Both the position numbers and the translations under genes were made by a program. The notes beneath the pieces were generated by a model. The model searched no databases. It worked only from the letters and a program-made list of their open reading frames with translations, and was not told the origin of the DNA. 64,000 nucleotides of DNA from Octopus sinensis (lineage: Eukaryota), in NCBI RefSeq assembly GCF_006345805.1, contig NW_021836293.1:185429-249428 (forward strand), read 5' to 3'. Positions 1 to 14,330 of this stretch are shown here, in pieces; the stretch's first letter is position 1; every line of letters starts with the position of its first letter.

Positions 1-147
1 TCAAACAGTGGAAAACACATCTGGACCAATGAATTGCTTCAAATGGAGAATACTTTAATAAAAGTGGCAATAAAAGTGTAAACATGTAAAAGAAAGTAAA
101 TGAAATAATACTGCAAAATTCCTGTTTCTTTTGGGTACCCCCTTGTA
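1..147 (+). mobile_element. 3' end of a mariner DNA transposon (transposase C-terminus plus TIR)
   Basis: Translates as KQWKTHLDQ*IASNGEYFNK, matching the mariner C-terminal W..RW..CI..GEYFE motif. Ends in TIR-like AAATTCCTGTTTCTTTTGGGTACCCCCTTG followed by TA. Confidence 0.75.
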
Positions 148-1026
148 CCTTCCCTTGCAAAATAACGGCAATGTTCCTCGTAATCATTTGAGATTTTCAA
201 AATACAGCATAGTTGGATACTATGCTGATATATTTTAACCATTTACTGACTACATTTCTAATTAAATACTCTGTCCATCTGTGTTGATCAAATTTTGTAA
301 ACAATCAAGAATTGATAAGCGGTTTAGTGAAACAACTAATCTCTCTGATATTAATCTGGTGTTTGAATCATCATCATCATTTTAATGTCCACTTTTACTA
401 CATGTATGAGTCAGACAAATTTTATTGAGGCAAATTTTGACAACCCCATTGGTTTCCATGGCCAGATGTGTTTTCATAGAATACTGGAAATGTAAAACAT
501 TGTGTAATAGTTACATCCATTTACAACTATCATGCCATGTCAAACAAGGAGACAACCATACACTTCTTAACCACACAGTCATGCTTGTGCCAATCAGGAA
601 ATTTGTATCATGGAACCAAAGGTAGTCTCCAGGGAATTAGTAACCTTAAACTTACAAGACATTCTAGAAATACATTCAACTAGTAATGGTTCTTTTCTTT
701 ATAGACATATGTTAGCGATTGTGTCAGATTATATATTTTCAACCGAGGTTTCACAGTAATAAACATAGCAACAACTGAAGTCAACTCACACAAGACTAAA
801 TTCAACTTACGTATCTATTTTTTAATTTGAGTCATTTATACACATTTCAACCAGCAGTGTCTTCAGGTATCAAATGTGATACAGTAATAGTTAAAGAAAT
901 ATTGTTACTATGATTATTAGGTTACAAATTCGAACCTTGCTCTTATGATGTGTTTCTGAACAAAGTACTTAAATCTGACTGAAGAAATAGGTTTATCTTC
1001 AATATCTCAATGAAGGGTTTCATGAA

Positions 1027-1241
1027 GGCAGCAAGCTGGCAGAAACGTTAGCATACTGGGCAAAATGCTTAGTGGTATTTCGTCTGTCTTTATGCTCTGA
1101 GTTCAAATTTTACTGAGGTATACTTTGCCTTTCATCTTCTTGGGGTCAATAAATTAGGCACCAGTTGTGTACTGGAGTCAATCTAATCAACTGGCCCCCT
1201 CCCACAAGATTTCGGGCCTTGCACCTAGGGCAGAAAAGAAT
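1027..1241 (+). mobile_element. tRNA-derived SINE, family A
   Basis: Head GGCAGCAAGCTGGCAGAAACGTTAGC, B-box-like GAGTTCAAAT, body TTTGCCTTTCATC..GGGGTCAATAAA. About 20 related copies are visible in the window. Confidence 0.85.
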
Positions 1242-2529
1242 CATAGGGTTCATGATGGATAGAAAGATTATCTGCTATGAAACTAAATACACCAATAACA
1301 CAGAAGTATTCTATTGATGATGGTATAATCAAATGAATCTAAAATAAGATGGAAAAGAAAATTTCTGAGGTTAAAATTCAATGCATAAACATTTATTGCA
1401 TCTCACTTAAGATGATGAAATATGAGATAAAGTGTTAAAACCTGTGCAAATATATAAAACTGAAATGTTCCACTGCAGTAAAGTGAGTTTTAATAACCTA
1501 ATTAATCTTTAGTACTCAAGTAATATCTCATCATCGGAATATGCAAATGTAATTGAAGTTACATTCATTATCACTCTTGTTCTATTGAGAAGCATGCAGT
1601 TGGGAGAACGCATTACAGGAAAAAAAATAATGGAACGACAAACCTGAGCAAAATTAATGGTAATGTTAATTCTTGATGAAAGGATGAAAACAAAATACTG
1701 TCTATTTGTATGTGTGCTGCATGTTTTTTATACACCCACTTAATTAATGCCTAATTACCTTTAATACCATTTTCATAGACATACTTTGCAGTAAGAGCTT
1801 TATCATATGTCTACAGAGATAGTATTAAAGATATTCAATCAATAATATATCCATGAACACGCACTTACACATGTTAAATGTCTTAGTTCTCTGCTTTGCC
1901 AGAAGAGATACATTGAAATAGTGTACAAACACTTTGATATGTATGCCATTACTAATTCTCATAGTTTTATTTATTTTAATTATTTAAATGTTAAAAAAAA
2001 GAGCTAATTAAAAGCAGACACTACACTGTATAGATTTATGCAATAAATGAAGCATCAAATTCATAATGGCAAAACACTTTACTACAAATTTACTTTAATC
2101 TAAATATCCAATAAACCAGCCATGTGATACAGTTGAAAATATTTTATACATAACTTCACCTAGTAGGTGTCTCATGTTTCTATGATTTACAAGTTTTTAT
2201 TTCTTTCTATATTTCTTGGTCAATGGTATACTTTACCACTGGGTAGTTACTCGGTCAAGAAAAGAATATTTAAAACATCTTTTGTTATATCTCAAAATAT
2301 TTCTGAGCATCTTGAACATGCTGGATATTTACAACATGGTTTTCATTTGCATGTATAATTTATTCCTCTCTAATTTTAATTTCCCTACTATGTAAGTTAG
2401 AATTACAAATGCCTGGGTCAGCTAAATTAAGTAAGGATGGTTGTGTGAATAAGAAGTTCAATCGCATGGTTCTGGGTACAATTCTACTGACATTGCCCTT
2501 GAGTTCACTAATGCTTTCACCATCAGTGT

Positions 2530-2910
2530 TAGAGCATCCACTTTTCTATGTTTTCAAGGGACAGATGCATGTAGGAACAGACTTTTGGCAGAAGTATAGC
2601 AGATAAAAAGTGTGTGCGTGGTAGTCCATCCTGCATGTACATACATGTGTCTGCACCAATCTCCAGTATCTGCTTTAGCATTGTTTCTACAGCTAGATGC
2701 CCTTCCTAACACCAACAATTTTATAGAGTGTACTGGATGCTTTTTACATGACACTGGCATAAGTGAAGTCAACAAATAACTTGCAAGACAAGATCTTTCA
2801 ACTGAGTGAGTGTGTAGTATAGAGGGAGGGGCTTTATACCAGGTGATGAGAGGTTGAAGTATAACAAAGGGACAGAAACAGGTGTTTGTAGTAGAGGAGA
2901 TGTACTTGCT
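2530..2910 (-). mobile_element. RTE LINE 3' UTR fragment (long-UTR subfamily)
   Basis: Contains TTTCTACAGCTAGATGCCCTTCCTAAC shared with the RTE tail at 25437-25600, and is homologous in reverse complement to 55000-55180. Confidence 0.7.
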
Positions 2911-3415
2911 TATCTCAATTGGTGAAGGAGGTGAAGAAATGGCAGAGCATACCCTTAAGTTATAAGAGAAGCAGTCCAGAGGCTTGGGCAGGTTGAGGTA
3001 AGTTCATGAGATTATGAAAGAAGAGAAACAGATGGATGCAGATGGGGATAGAGGTGAATGCAATGAATTGTGAACATGAATAGAGGTGTGGTTTTTGGTG
3101 AATACCAGTTTGAAGCAGGAAATATGGAGGAAATAGGATTGGCATAGAGCAGTGAAAGGATGCAGCACAGATGTGGGCAGTGTGTGAGAGATGCACAGTG
3201 CCAGGGTCAAGTTCGGAGGTGAAAATAGTGGGAGAAAAACATTGATAGAATGAGCAGGTTTAAAAGGAAAGAATAGAGAGTAAAGGGACATTCAGAAGAA
3301 AAAAGGATGGTTCTGAGAATGCAAGAAGCAAAGTAAGCAGCTCTAAGGAGGAATGAGCATAAGAGCAAAGAGGTTTGAGGACATGCATACATACATATAT
3401 AAATACATACACACA

Positions 3416-3495
3416 CACATACATACATACATACATACATACATACATACATACATACATACATACATACATACATACATACATACATACATACA
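3416..3495. repeat. (CATA)n microsatellite
   Basis: Directly visible tandem repeat. Confidence 0.95.
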
Positions 3496-3510
3496 AATAG
3501 AGAGAGACAA

Positions 3511-3755
3511 AAAGCCTGGGAGACCTACATGGGGGAGGATGTATGCATCTTCAAAACAAAACTAGATCTCCTCCAGCCAAGAGTTCCAGGTGAACGTACC
3601 TCGCAGCAAGAACTGCAGATGAGGGAATCAACATCTAACTAATCCACTCACCAAATTCCACACATCAGGAAAGGTTTAGTGAAAGTATAGCAAAGTAAAC
3701 AGTGGTACCCCACCATGCCCACAACTCTCGAGCTGAATCTAGAAAAGAAAGAAAT
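3511..3755 (+). mobile_element. CR1-like LINE 3' terminal fragment
   Basis: Colinear with 18118-18345 (AAAACTAGATCTC..GTTCCAGGTGAAC..GTGGTACCCCACCATG..GCTGAA). Confidence 0.7.
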
Positions 3756-4648
3756 ATATATATATAAACTGTTTTGACAAATGTGTCCTGTTATTAACTC
3801 AAACTATCTTGACATCAACATAAACATTCTGCTTAGCTGGCTAGAAAACACACCACCATTTTCTGCAGTGGAAACTTCCTTTGCCATCACTTTATCTTTA
3901 ACTATGAAAACTTCATACCCAGTCATATGTGCTAGACTTAAATGTCTAGTTCTGACAATCAATGATAGTCTTGGTAGCTGTTCTAGTTAGAGATGTAACA
4001 CTGTAATGATACCTGAAGCACAAATCTTTGAATTCAGGCACTTTTCTGAAATTTAAGAGTGCTGTAGGCCTCTTCTTCCCCTACAGCCTCTCTATAAACA
4101 TTCTTAGCAATATATCACAATTTTAGTATCCTTATATAGATATGTGGTCCCACAGCCATAGTGGAGGCAACCAAGCTTGAAAGTTAGACTCTCTGACAAC
4201 TGTCCATGTGAGCAGTAACTCTGAATAAAATTCTACATGGGAGAGACATCAACTTTGCAAGTCACAGAGAAGACAACCTGTTCAGGAGACATGTTACTGA
4301 ATAAAAGTTTGTGCAGGAGAGATATGAGCTCTGCAAGCTGCAGTGAAAGCAACTCATTTAGGAGGAAAACATCTGAGAATGGATGTCATTTACACCAGTG
4401 GATTGATAAAATGCATTTACTTTATGTTGTAAGTGGTTTGTGATACAAAGAGTATCCAATGTGTGAAACTATGGCAAAATTATGGCATATATAGATAACT
4501 TTAAGATTAATACTCACTATGTTATTGCTGTGTATGATAGTGAGTTGACTGACTTCAAACAACTGTCCCCAACTGATATATTTTTCAGTCACCAAAATTA
4601 GGTATCAAGCAAACTAAACACCACTGGAAACTCTTCTCTTCATGTCAG

Positions 4649-5400
4649 GTACCACATTTCAAGGTTGAATCTGTCTATGCCAGTATGTTGGAGAGTATAT
4701 CTGAAGAAACTATTGAGATGCCAGAGCAATGATGGATAGATGAGTGCTGTGAATATGCAGTTAGATCGAGTGTAACATCAGATGAATTCCTTATGGACAA
4801 GGAACACAAGTAAACATTCTACTGGGAGGGCAACAGTAGAGGAATTGGTAGAGTAGATATTGCATTATCAGAGAAATAAATGGAGTAATTGAGATGGCCA
4901 GAGTATATGACAGAAAAATCTTCAATCAGCCATAGACAATATGACAGAAATAATTATCTCAATGTATGCATCATGACAAGGTAAGTAAGCAGAGTAATCA
5001 CTTCTATGAAGCTCTCTTACAAAAAACATTGGTAAGAGATGACAGTAACCTCTTTATGATGGTTGGTGACTTTAATGGGTAAGTTGGGAAACACCATGAT
5101 AGTTATTCCAGTGCACATGAAAGCTATGGTTATGGTACATGGAATGAATGATGATCAGTGATCTTGAACCTTGTGAAGCAAACGACTCAGATGGACACAC
5201 AAGGCAGACCTCATACTTGCTGGGAAAGAGAATAGACAGAATGTTGTGAATAATAAGCCTTTTTCTTGTGAAAATTGTACTACTCAACATTGGTGACCCC
5301 AGTGTCAGAATTAGCTAGAGCCAGAAACACAAGACAATCTGGCTAACCAAGAAGGATCTCATAAACAGCAAAATTTAGCATTAAGGACTCTCTAGAAACG
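4649..5400 (+). mobile_element. Highly decayed RTE LINE, AP-endonuclease region
   Basis: Broken frames give FKVESV, FYWEGNSRGIGRVDIALSEK, IISMYAS, FYEALL and MVGDFNG*VGKH..YGYGTWNE, parallel to the endonuclease of the 25.4-28.9 kb element. Confidence 0.75.
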
Positions 5401-8089
5401 AATTCTTTCAAATGTTAAGTAGTATATAGCTCTTGTTATGTAGGTAATCTAAGAAACAGAGGAGAAGGATGTTCCAAAAACATGTAATTTAGTGGTAGAA
5501 CTAAGAAACAGTTCATCTGTTCAACTTCTTTTAGGAACAAATTTTCTCAAAGGATTTCATCATCCACAAATTAACCAATGTAATTAATCCATTGGCAAGA
5601 AACTTCACAGGCTTTTTCTCCATTCCTTAGCATAAGTCATGAATATGAATAACTTTTGGTGTGTGTGAACTGGTGTCATTTTTGATGGCACAGTCTCACC
5701 AGTGATTTAATAAATGACAAGCTAATAGACAAGTTTTTACTGTTTTTAACTTCAATGAAACATTAAAACTGTTTATACAAAACTTTCTCTCGTATTTAAT
5801 TTTCTTCGGATCCAACCCTTCAAAGTATTTTCAATAAAGATTTAATTATTTATGCTATACAAGTCAGTATCAATTATATGAAATGCATGTTATATTAACA
5901 CATTCATTAACTATCACTTCTGGCTTATTTTATTACATGGGTTCTCTAGTGTATGCATATATAGCATGGAAATTGAACATAAAGGTGAAAGTGATTTTAA
6001 AAATAAAGCATTGTATTCTAGGGAAATGTAATGCTGAAAGATGTTGAAAAAATATTTCAGAATTTTTTAAACAAATTTACTCTTCATGTAGTATGTAATT
6101 AACTTTCAAAATGTACTGAACATATCATGATATGTGACAAAGTCTGTTAAATCTAACTACAGAAAGATATAAAATCAAATGTGGTAAGAACATCACCAAT
6201 GACAGTGTTCAAACATAGGAGTTTATCAATAAAAAAATACAAATTATTCAAAATCTTAAAAAAGTGAACCAAGTAAAAATACAAAATATGTGAATTTATC
6301 TGTATAGACAGAAATGATACACTATGGACTGATATGTCAAGAATAATTTATTGTTTGTTAGATTTGAATATATTTCAATGGTCAGAAGCATAGTTGTGTG
6401 CTTAAGAAGCTTGTTTCATGAACTTGTGGTTCACAGTTTGATCCCATCATGTGACTCATATATCAAGTGTCTTTAGCCACAACCTTGGGTTGATTGATAT
6501 GTTGTAAGTGAAATTTAGAAGACAGAACTGTGAAAACCCATTACATATTTGTGTGTCTGTATATGCATGTGTAGATCTTACAGTAATGTACATTAATAAA
6601 AAAAAAACTCGATGTAAATATCTGAAAACTAATAAACCATTTCTTTTGAATGAAAAATCTTTTATTTATTATTTGTTCCACCCAGATAGCTCAGATGCTC
6701 CCTTATTAATCTTATCATCATGAATACTATGAAGCAGTATCTTTAAAAATAGAATCGTTAAGACAGATATGATGCTTGATCATAGTTCTATTCAGTCTGG
6801 GCTGAACTGAAGCTAAACCAAAACAACAAAATTATCAAAAACAAATGACCAATAAAGGGAATCCTTATCCAGTCAATCAACCTGCTTGAAATAGCAATTA
6901 GATAGCTCTCAAATCATATCTTACTGTCTTAAAAAAAAAGAGAGACATTGGAAATTAACATCTCAAACACTATTTTTCTATCAAAACTGAAAAAGGGATA
7001 AACAACAGTAATAGCTAAATCAAACATTATCAACACTACCAGTAACAGTAAGAACTTAGGTTATACAGAATGGAAAGTGAAACAGCAAATTATTAAATTA
7101 ATACTCAATAGTAAGTTGGTTTTTTTTCTGACGACCACAACATTAACTAACACTCTGGAAAGGATGAAAAGTTTTAGTAAGAGTTTTATGTTTATCACAA
7201 GTATATCGGAGAAGTAAGATTTATGAACATGCACCTAACTATACATCTTTGACAGGCTGAATTACAGGTTTTTTCATAAATATTACATGGTGTTTAGATA
7301 TGAACAAAACAATTTAGCAAAGACATTTATATAATCTGTCGAGGAAACTTGCGCGTTGGCAGTTATAATGTACACTGACTTCTTACAGTTACAAAACCAT
7401 GCTACCTTCACACTATTATACTTCAACACTGATACATTCATAAAATTAGATTTCCCTCACACATTTTTACATTTTTAAAATTTAATTTACATGTTGGGTT
7501 ATCTGGAAGTTGGGTTTATGTGCATGGCTTTTGTAAGTTGTTCTATGAGACTGACATAACTAATGTTCCTCTTGGACAGCTGTATGCCAATTGCTGTGGA
7601 AAAAAATTATTATATTATCACACTGTTGCACTATTGCACAGCCATTCAGTCATACTCACTTCACATTATAATACAACCACACAGTGAAATACTTATACAC
7701 CACAATGAGCCACCTTTACTGTCTTCATGCTGTGACAGGCCATACTACCACACAGTCACATTATTCTCATACAATCATTCATTCATTACAATGTTATTCT
7801 GTTAGACTCTCACACAGCTACATTTTGCCATGTTACACTCTCCATATACAAGCATGCCGCCAAACAAACTTACTCTACAGCATTAAACATTTCTCATCCT
7901 GAGAGACTCTCATTACCAGTTTTCACAATTCCTATATTTTTAGACAATCAGGACTTTATAATATATGAGTTCTTTGGTCTTCCAAACCATCAGATAACCA
8001 GATTCCTAGACCTTCAGACACCCAAATGACAAGGATCTCAGACTGCAATATTTTCAGGCTTCAAACACTTCCAAAAAATCCTAGTAGGC

Positions 8090-8577
8090 ATTCACACTTC
8101 TTTCCTTCAAATCAAGTGTCAACTGCAGTGAGGTTCTCACTTAGTGCACATTTTCTCATATCAAAACTCTTCTACCACTTCAGTAATGCAATATCACCAC
8201 AGTTGTGCAGCAAGCTAACTCATTATGATTTATCATTCAATATAAATCAATTTATTTGCTTGTTGGTGATTTGTGTCAATTGTTACAGTTGATTTCCTAT
8301 TGCATGGATTGCTTTCAATACTGGTTTCCCTTCCATAAACATTTTCATCCATTTGGGACATTGATCTTGATGGTGATGTCATCTCCATAAGCAACCTGTC
8401 ACCTTTTGGATGTCAGACAATTTGTAACTCTCCTTCCTTTGCTTGAAACCCATGATTTATTGCAACAAAGAAAAGCAGTAAGACGAGTTACTCTGCCAAC
8501 ATGTGCAATTTGAACAACCTAAGTCATTTAAGAAAAAAGTCACTCCCACTTTTACCTTATGTTTAGTGCAAGCCTTA
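8090..8577 (-). mobile_element. Decayed mariner 5' half (TIR-like end plus N-terminal HTH region)
   Basis: Minus-strand fragments VAYGDD, KWMKMFMEG and FDMRKCAL..LTLDLKEKKCE (degenerate WVPxxL region). TIR-like TA|TAAGGCTTGCACTAAACATAAGG at the right end. Confidence 0.55.
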
Positions 8578-9125
8578 TAAATAGATATTTGTATGTATGT
8601 ATGTATGTATGTATGTATGTATGTATGTATGTATGTATGTATGTATGTATATATACCTTCATACATATAGATAGACTAGATTGATAGATAGATAGGTAAC
8701 AAAGCTATTTTATCCCACATGAGTAGAAATATAGAAAAAGTAATTTGAAAACGCAATAGGAGTCATTAAGAGGGTTTCTTTTTAAAGGCTTAACCAATTT
8801 CACTGACTTTTCTGATTTTTAAAAGTTGAGGCAGAAAGACTTGGGCCTATGCTACAAATGTCTTGCTTCTGACTGGATTTCAAAATTACTCATGTTTTCA
8901 TAGAGAGAACATGACTCAAATTAATATCGGTTTAGGATACAATATGATTGGCAGAGGTTGACCATGTGATTAGGTTTAGTAGGTTTTGTTATTTCTCTGC
9001 TATGGTAGTGTGTTAATGTCATACATAAATATAAAACATGTGTTTGCGTGTATGTATATACATACATACATACATATACATATATATATATACACACACA
9101 CATACATACACACACACACATATGT

Positions 9126-9745
9126 CATCATCATCATTATCATTTAACAACCATTTACCATGCTGTCATGAGTTGGATGGTTTGACAGAAGCTAGCAGCT
9201 AAAGGCCTGCTCAAGCTTCATGTCTGTTTTGGCATTGTTTCTACAGCTGGATACCCCTTCAAATGCCACCCACTTTACAGAATGCACTGGGTATGTTTAT
9301 GCTCCACCAGCACAGGTGCATTTATGTGGCACCAGTACAGGTGCTTTTAATGTGACACCAGCACCCATGAGCCTGCAAGATTAGGAATGTTCAGCTGGAA
9401 AGGGATGTCGGGGACAAGCTTGTATGCAAAGACAATCATGCTTTTACTTAGCTGGACATGTTTTCTCAAGCACAGCAAACTGCCAGGAGTTTTGGTCACT
9501 TGTCATACCCTCTGTGAGTCCCATTGTCTGTAGGTCCTTTCTCACTACTTCATCCCACATCTTCCTGGGTCTATCCCATTCACATGTTCACTTCACAATT
9601 AGAATTGGCACCTCTTGATGCAACTGTCTTCATTCATATGCCTTACATGACTGTACCAGTAGAGTCTTCTCTCTAGTACAATACATTTGATGCCTTGTAT
9701 ACCCAGTTTTTCTCACAAATCATTTGTACTTTGTTATACATGCAT
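9126..9745 (-). mobile_element. 5'-truncated RTE LINE (ORF C-terminus, 3' UTR, (GAT)n tail)
   Basis: EKLGIQGIKCIVLERRLYWYSHV..DRPRKMWDEVVRKDL, with (CAT)n at the left end. Confidence 0.85.
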
Positions 9746-9766
9746 AGAGATATAGATCTATGTATA

Positions 9767-10086
9767 GCTGGCACTGCATCAGTTACAATGAGTGTCTCAA
9801 TTAATCCCATCCATGGAATTGCTAGCTCATGAAATTAATGTGCAAGTGGTTGAGTACTTCACAGACATATGCCCCATGCATGAAGTTCTTAGAGAGATTC
9901 AGTTTGAGATAGAATGTGTCAAGGCTGGCCCTTTGAATTACAGGTACAACTCATTTTTGCCAGTTGAGTGAATTGGAGCAAAGTGAAATAAAGTGTCTTG
10001 CTTCAGGACCCAGCACACTGCCAAGAATTGCACTCTTGACTTACAATCATGAACTGAACCATAACCACTAAGCAACACACCTTCAC
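9767..10086 (-). mobile_element. tRNA-derived SINE, family C
   Basis: Reverse complement is colinear with 49277-49596. Confidence 0.8.
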
Positions 10087-10132
10087 ATATCTAACTATAT
10101 ATATGTATACGTACACATACATGCATGCATAT

Positions 10133-10169
<37 letters not shown>

Positions 10170-10170
10170 A

Positions 10171-10427
10171 TCATCATTTAACGTCCATTGTCCATGCTGG
10201 CATAGGTTGGAAAGTTTGACCAGGGCTGGTAAGCTGGAAGACTGCACCAGACTCTGATTTAGCATGGTGTTCTATGTTGGGAATGTAATGGGTGCTTTCA
10301 CATGCTACCAGCATGGGTGCCATTTGCATGACATTTGTATCTGCCATGATTGTGATTTTGCTCAGCTTGATGGGTCTTCTTCTCAAGCACAACATAATGC
10401 CAAAGGTCTCAGGTATTGCCTCCATGA
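10171..10427 (-). mobile_element. RTE LINE 3' UTR fragment between (TA)n tracts
   Basis: CATCATTTAACGTCC..CCATGCTGGCAT..CTGCACCAGACTC, matching 21857-22140. Confidence 0.8.
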
Positions 10428-13184
10428 TACATATATATATATATATATATATACACAGATACATACATATATATGATAGAATAACAGGAAACATGATACT
10501 AGTATTTTATTTATTTGATATCCATTACAATTGTTAAAGTGGTCAATAACCAAGATCAATGAATAATTACAAATTATAAATTACTGACTTATAAAATATA
10601 TTTGATCAGATCAATTAAAGGCAACTTCATCACACAAACACATACATGCCTATATATAGATATATTTATACACACACACACATGCATATACACACACATG
10701 ATAGGTTTCTTTCTACTTCTGTTTACCAAATCCACACACAAAGCTATGGTCAACACACAGCTATAGAAGAAGACACTTGCTCATGGTGCCATACAGGGGT
10801 ACTGAACTTGAAACTACATGATTGGAAAGGGAACTTTTTATCCACTTAACTATCCTTGCACTAGTTACCATATGTATGTATGTCTGTCTGTATGTATGTA
10901 TGTGTGTATGTATGTATGTCTTTATGTGTGCATCTATGTATGAATGTATATAAAAAGAAGGTTTTTATCAGTATAAAAGCAGTTAACTATAATGATAGTA
11001 AAGGATTCACTGTTAATGTAGGGTCATTTATTCTTGATAATTTTATTGACCGTGACTTTGAAGTTTCACTACTGAAACTTCGAAATCACTGCCAATACAT
11101 ACCTTGCAAAAACATATATATGTTTGTGTGTAGATAAACAATGGGCTTCATTATAGTTTCCCCTCAATGTAGTTACACTCACAAGGTATTGATCATCTTG
11201 AGATTGTTGTAGAAGCTTCTACTATGTGGAGTCAGCCTCAGAACCAACTGGCTGAAAAGTGAACATCTGTGTTACACAATCATGCTTGTGTCCAGCTTGG
11301 AAAATACATACAGCTGAAATATCATTTGCATTCAGCTGAAATAACATATACATACAGTTAAAATAACATATTTAGATATAGATAAATCAAACAGTTTAAT
11401 ACAGACATTTATATAATGTAAGCATTTAAATCTGACAAGAAGACATTAGTGTTCTTACTGATACATTGCCATACAGACCTCACATTCTTCTAACAATGTT
11501 ACCCAGTCAGAAATTCACCCTATTACATAGCCATCACACTGTTTCACTTCCACTCTATTACACATTCACTCTGGTGAGACAATGAGGAAGCCTCTGTATG
11601 GTCACTCAACCTGCTAGAGGTAACTGCCAAATTTCTTTTAAATCACACTGTACCATCTTAAAAGTAAAAAATGACATTAGATGCAATAGTCTTAGACACT
11701 TCTAAGACCACACACTCTTTTATAACGACTTTAATTAATGGATTGCTGGGTCAGTTTTAACCTGAAGTTAAACAACAACAACCACACTATAATTCTTAAA
11801 CTGTCTAATTACGAAACATACTTCTCATTGTTTTTGCTCTGACAAATTATTCTGTACCAAGTATTAGAATTTTATGTTATTCACCATACACAATATTCCT
11901 TTCTGTGAGATTTATTGAATTTATTTTTGCTACTACAGAACACAAACTTTAATGTAATGTTTTACTCTGCTAAACAGACTTTTAAATTATAATAGTTTTC
12001 AACACATACACATATATATATATATATATATACATATATAATTTTTTTGGAATGGTGAATCTCAAAGCAGATAAATCTATAAATTATAGTGTATAAATAT
12101 TGCATTAAAATACTTTTTGGATAGAAAAAGTCTCAGGATGAAAAATATGACTGCGTATGCTAGAAATGAAAATTCAAAATAATGGTGAAAGACATGCAAA
12201 GCAACTAAGAGAAAGGACAAAATACAAACCCATTTCATCAGCTGACTTTCCAGCTTTCATTCCAGAATCTCTAGGATTTCAGCACGCAAAAGAAATCGGT
12301 ACCTTTCATCAAGAAAATACCATTTAGTTCCTTTATAAATATATATGATAGTTTGCACATTTGAAACTATTTAAAAGTTTGTCACTGTTAAACTCATCTT
12401 TTAGATTTTTATGTTATGTCATATTTCGTAGGTTTTTCTGCTTTATCATCTTCAAAAGTTATATTTTTTACTTATATATATATAAACTGTAGCTTAGAAG
12501 TTAAGAGACAAAATCCTGCCTGGGAGTATTTGAGTTCAAAGTTTGATAATTAGTTTAACATTCAACCAGAATGCTACGTATGATCACAAGTTTACAAATG
12601 TATGTACTAAGAAGGAATATTTATTATTTAATTTTTAAAATTATCATGCATTTTAATACAAAGCTAAACATCATTCTGATGTAGTTTCATAATGGTGAAA
12701 GCTTCCTTGTAGCAATGCATACATTCATAGGTAGCAATGTAGCAATGCATACTTTCATAATGGTGATAGCTTCTTGTAGCAATGCATACTTGCATGTTTT
12801 TGTTTTCTTTTCATTTTTAGCTATATTTTGCTAATATTTTTGATAAATGGTTTGACAAAGTACACTGTCAATAATTTTTATTCTTATACACAAATAGTAT
12901 ATGATGCGTGTGTGAGTGTGCCTATGTGTGTGTATGTGTGGTTGTATGTGTGTGGATGCGTTTGAATGTGTAGACTGAGACCCCTTTTGCCCCAGTTGTT
13001 TTAAAAACTATGATCACCCTAAATATATCCTATATTTTCAGATCTATAACAATAAAATTCATTTAGTTGAATGTTTTCTTGATTATATAAAGAAACAATA
13101 AAAATAATTGCCATTTTTTATTGTTTGTGTATTTAGAAATAGGTTGTCTAACAAGACGACTTGTAGTCAAGAATATAGCAATTA

Positions 13185-13406
13185 TCTTTCATCTTTTACT
13201 TGTTTCAGTCATTGAACTGTGGCCATGCTGGGGCACCACACTGAACAGTTTAGTGAAACAAGTCAACTTCAGTACTTACTTTTAAGCCTGGTACTTTTTC
13301 TATTGGTTACTTTTCACTGAACCATTTTGTTATGAGGACATAAACAAACCAACACTAATTGCCAAGCAGTGGTGGGAGACGTACATGAACATGCATGTGC
13401 GCGCAC

Positions 13407-13445
<39 letters not shown>

Positions 13446-13606
13446 ACAGGCTTTTTTCAGGTTTGTACCACAAAATCCTCCCACAAGGCTTGGATCAACC
13501 AGGTGCTATAATAGAAGAGACTTTCCCAAGGTGTCATGCAGTGGGTCTGAACCCAAAACCATGTTGTTAGGAAGCAAACTTATTACCACACAGCCATGTC
13601 TCACCT
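13185..13606 (-). mobile_element. tRNA-derived SINE, family B (internal microsatellite)
   Basis: Reverse complement of the 16179-16598 and 61177-61939 family, with an internal (CA)n. Confidence 0.85.
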
Positions 13607-14330
13607 AGATGAGATTATTTTAGATTAATTCTACAATAGACACCTAGGAAATTCATGTCTGTAATTTCTGAATAGTAATTTCATCTGACTGGCAAGATAG
13701 CACGTTATGCCTATTTTCACACTCTCCAATCCTCAAATAACCAGACTGCAAAATTACTAGAGTGTCAGATTTCAAACACTCACTGACATAATCTTAGGAA
13801 TAAATTTCAATTTCAATGGGCATATAATCATTTTTGAGTAACAGAACAAAGATAATGTAATCTATCAACACCATGTTCATGATCATCATTGCTATCCTCA
13901 TTATAGTCATCATCATCATCATCATCATCATCATTAATATCATCAGCATGAGCTATAACAATAAAAGTTGAAAATAAAATTAATAAAAAATATGAAAAAT
14001 TAAAATGCAAACAAAATACACAAGAGATCTAATAAAACCAATGATATTTACATATTTCATATATATGTATTTTATGACTGAAACATTTTATATATGTATT
14101 TTATAACTGAAATACCTTATTTCCATTTGTAATATATAAAAAAATTTAATGATAAATATTTAATACATTGATATAAAGCCACAAAGTTATAGTTAGTAGA
14201 CTATATTAGCAATTGAGAGGCAAATTTAAATATGCTAAGATTTGATCTCAGAACATTAAGGAACAAACTTAAATGTTTCTCCATCCATTTGATAATAAAA
14301 AAGTTAAAGTGATGATAACAATGATAATAA

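Noticed and set aside
7620-8090. Weak 8-bp periodicity (CACA.../TCAGAC...)
   Set aside because: Best explained as a decayed simple repeat; I could not define a unit or boundaries.
10950-11137. Non-repetitive half of an 85-aa ORF (KAVNYNDSKGFTVNVGSF...)
   Set aside because: The start lies in a microsatellite, no donor site is evident and I recognise no family.
12166-12327. 53-aa ORF MKIQNNGERHAKQLRERTKYKP... as a host exon
   Set aside because: No recognisable homology and no convincing splice pair; the length is within chance expectation.
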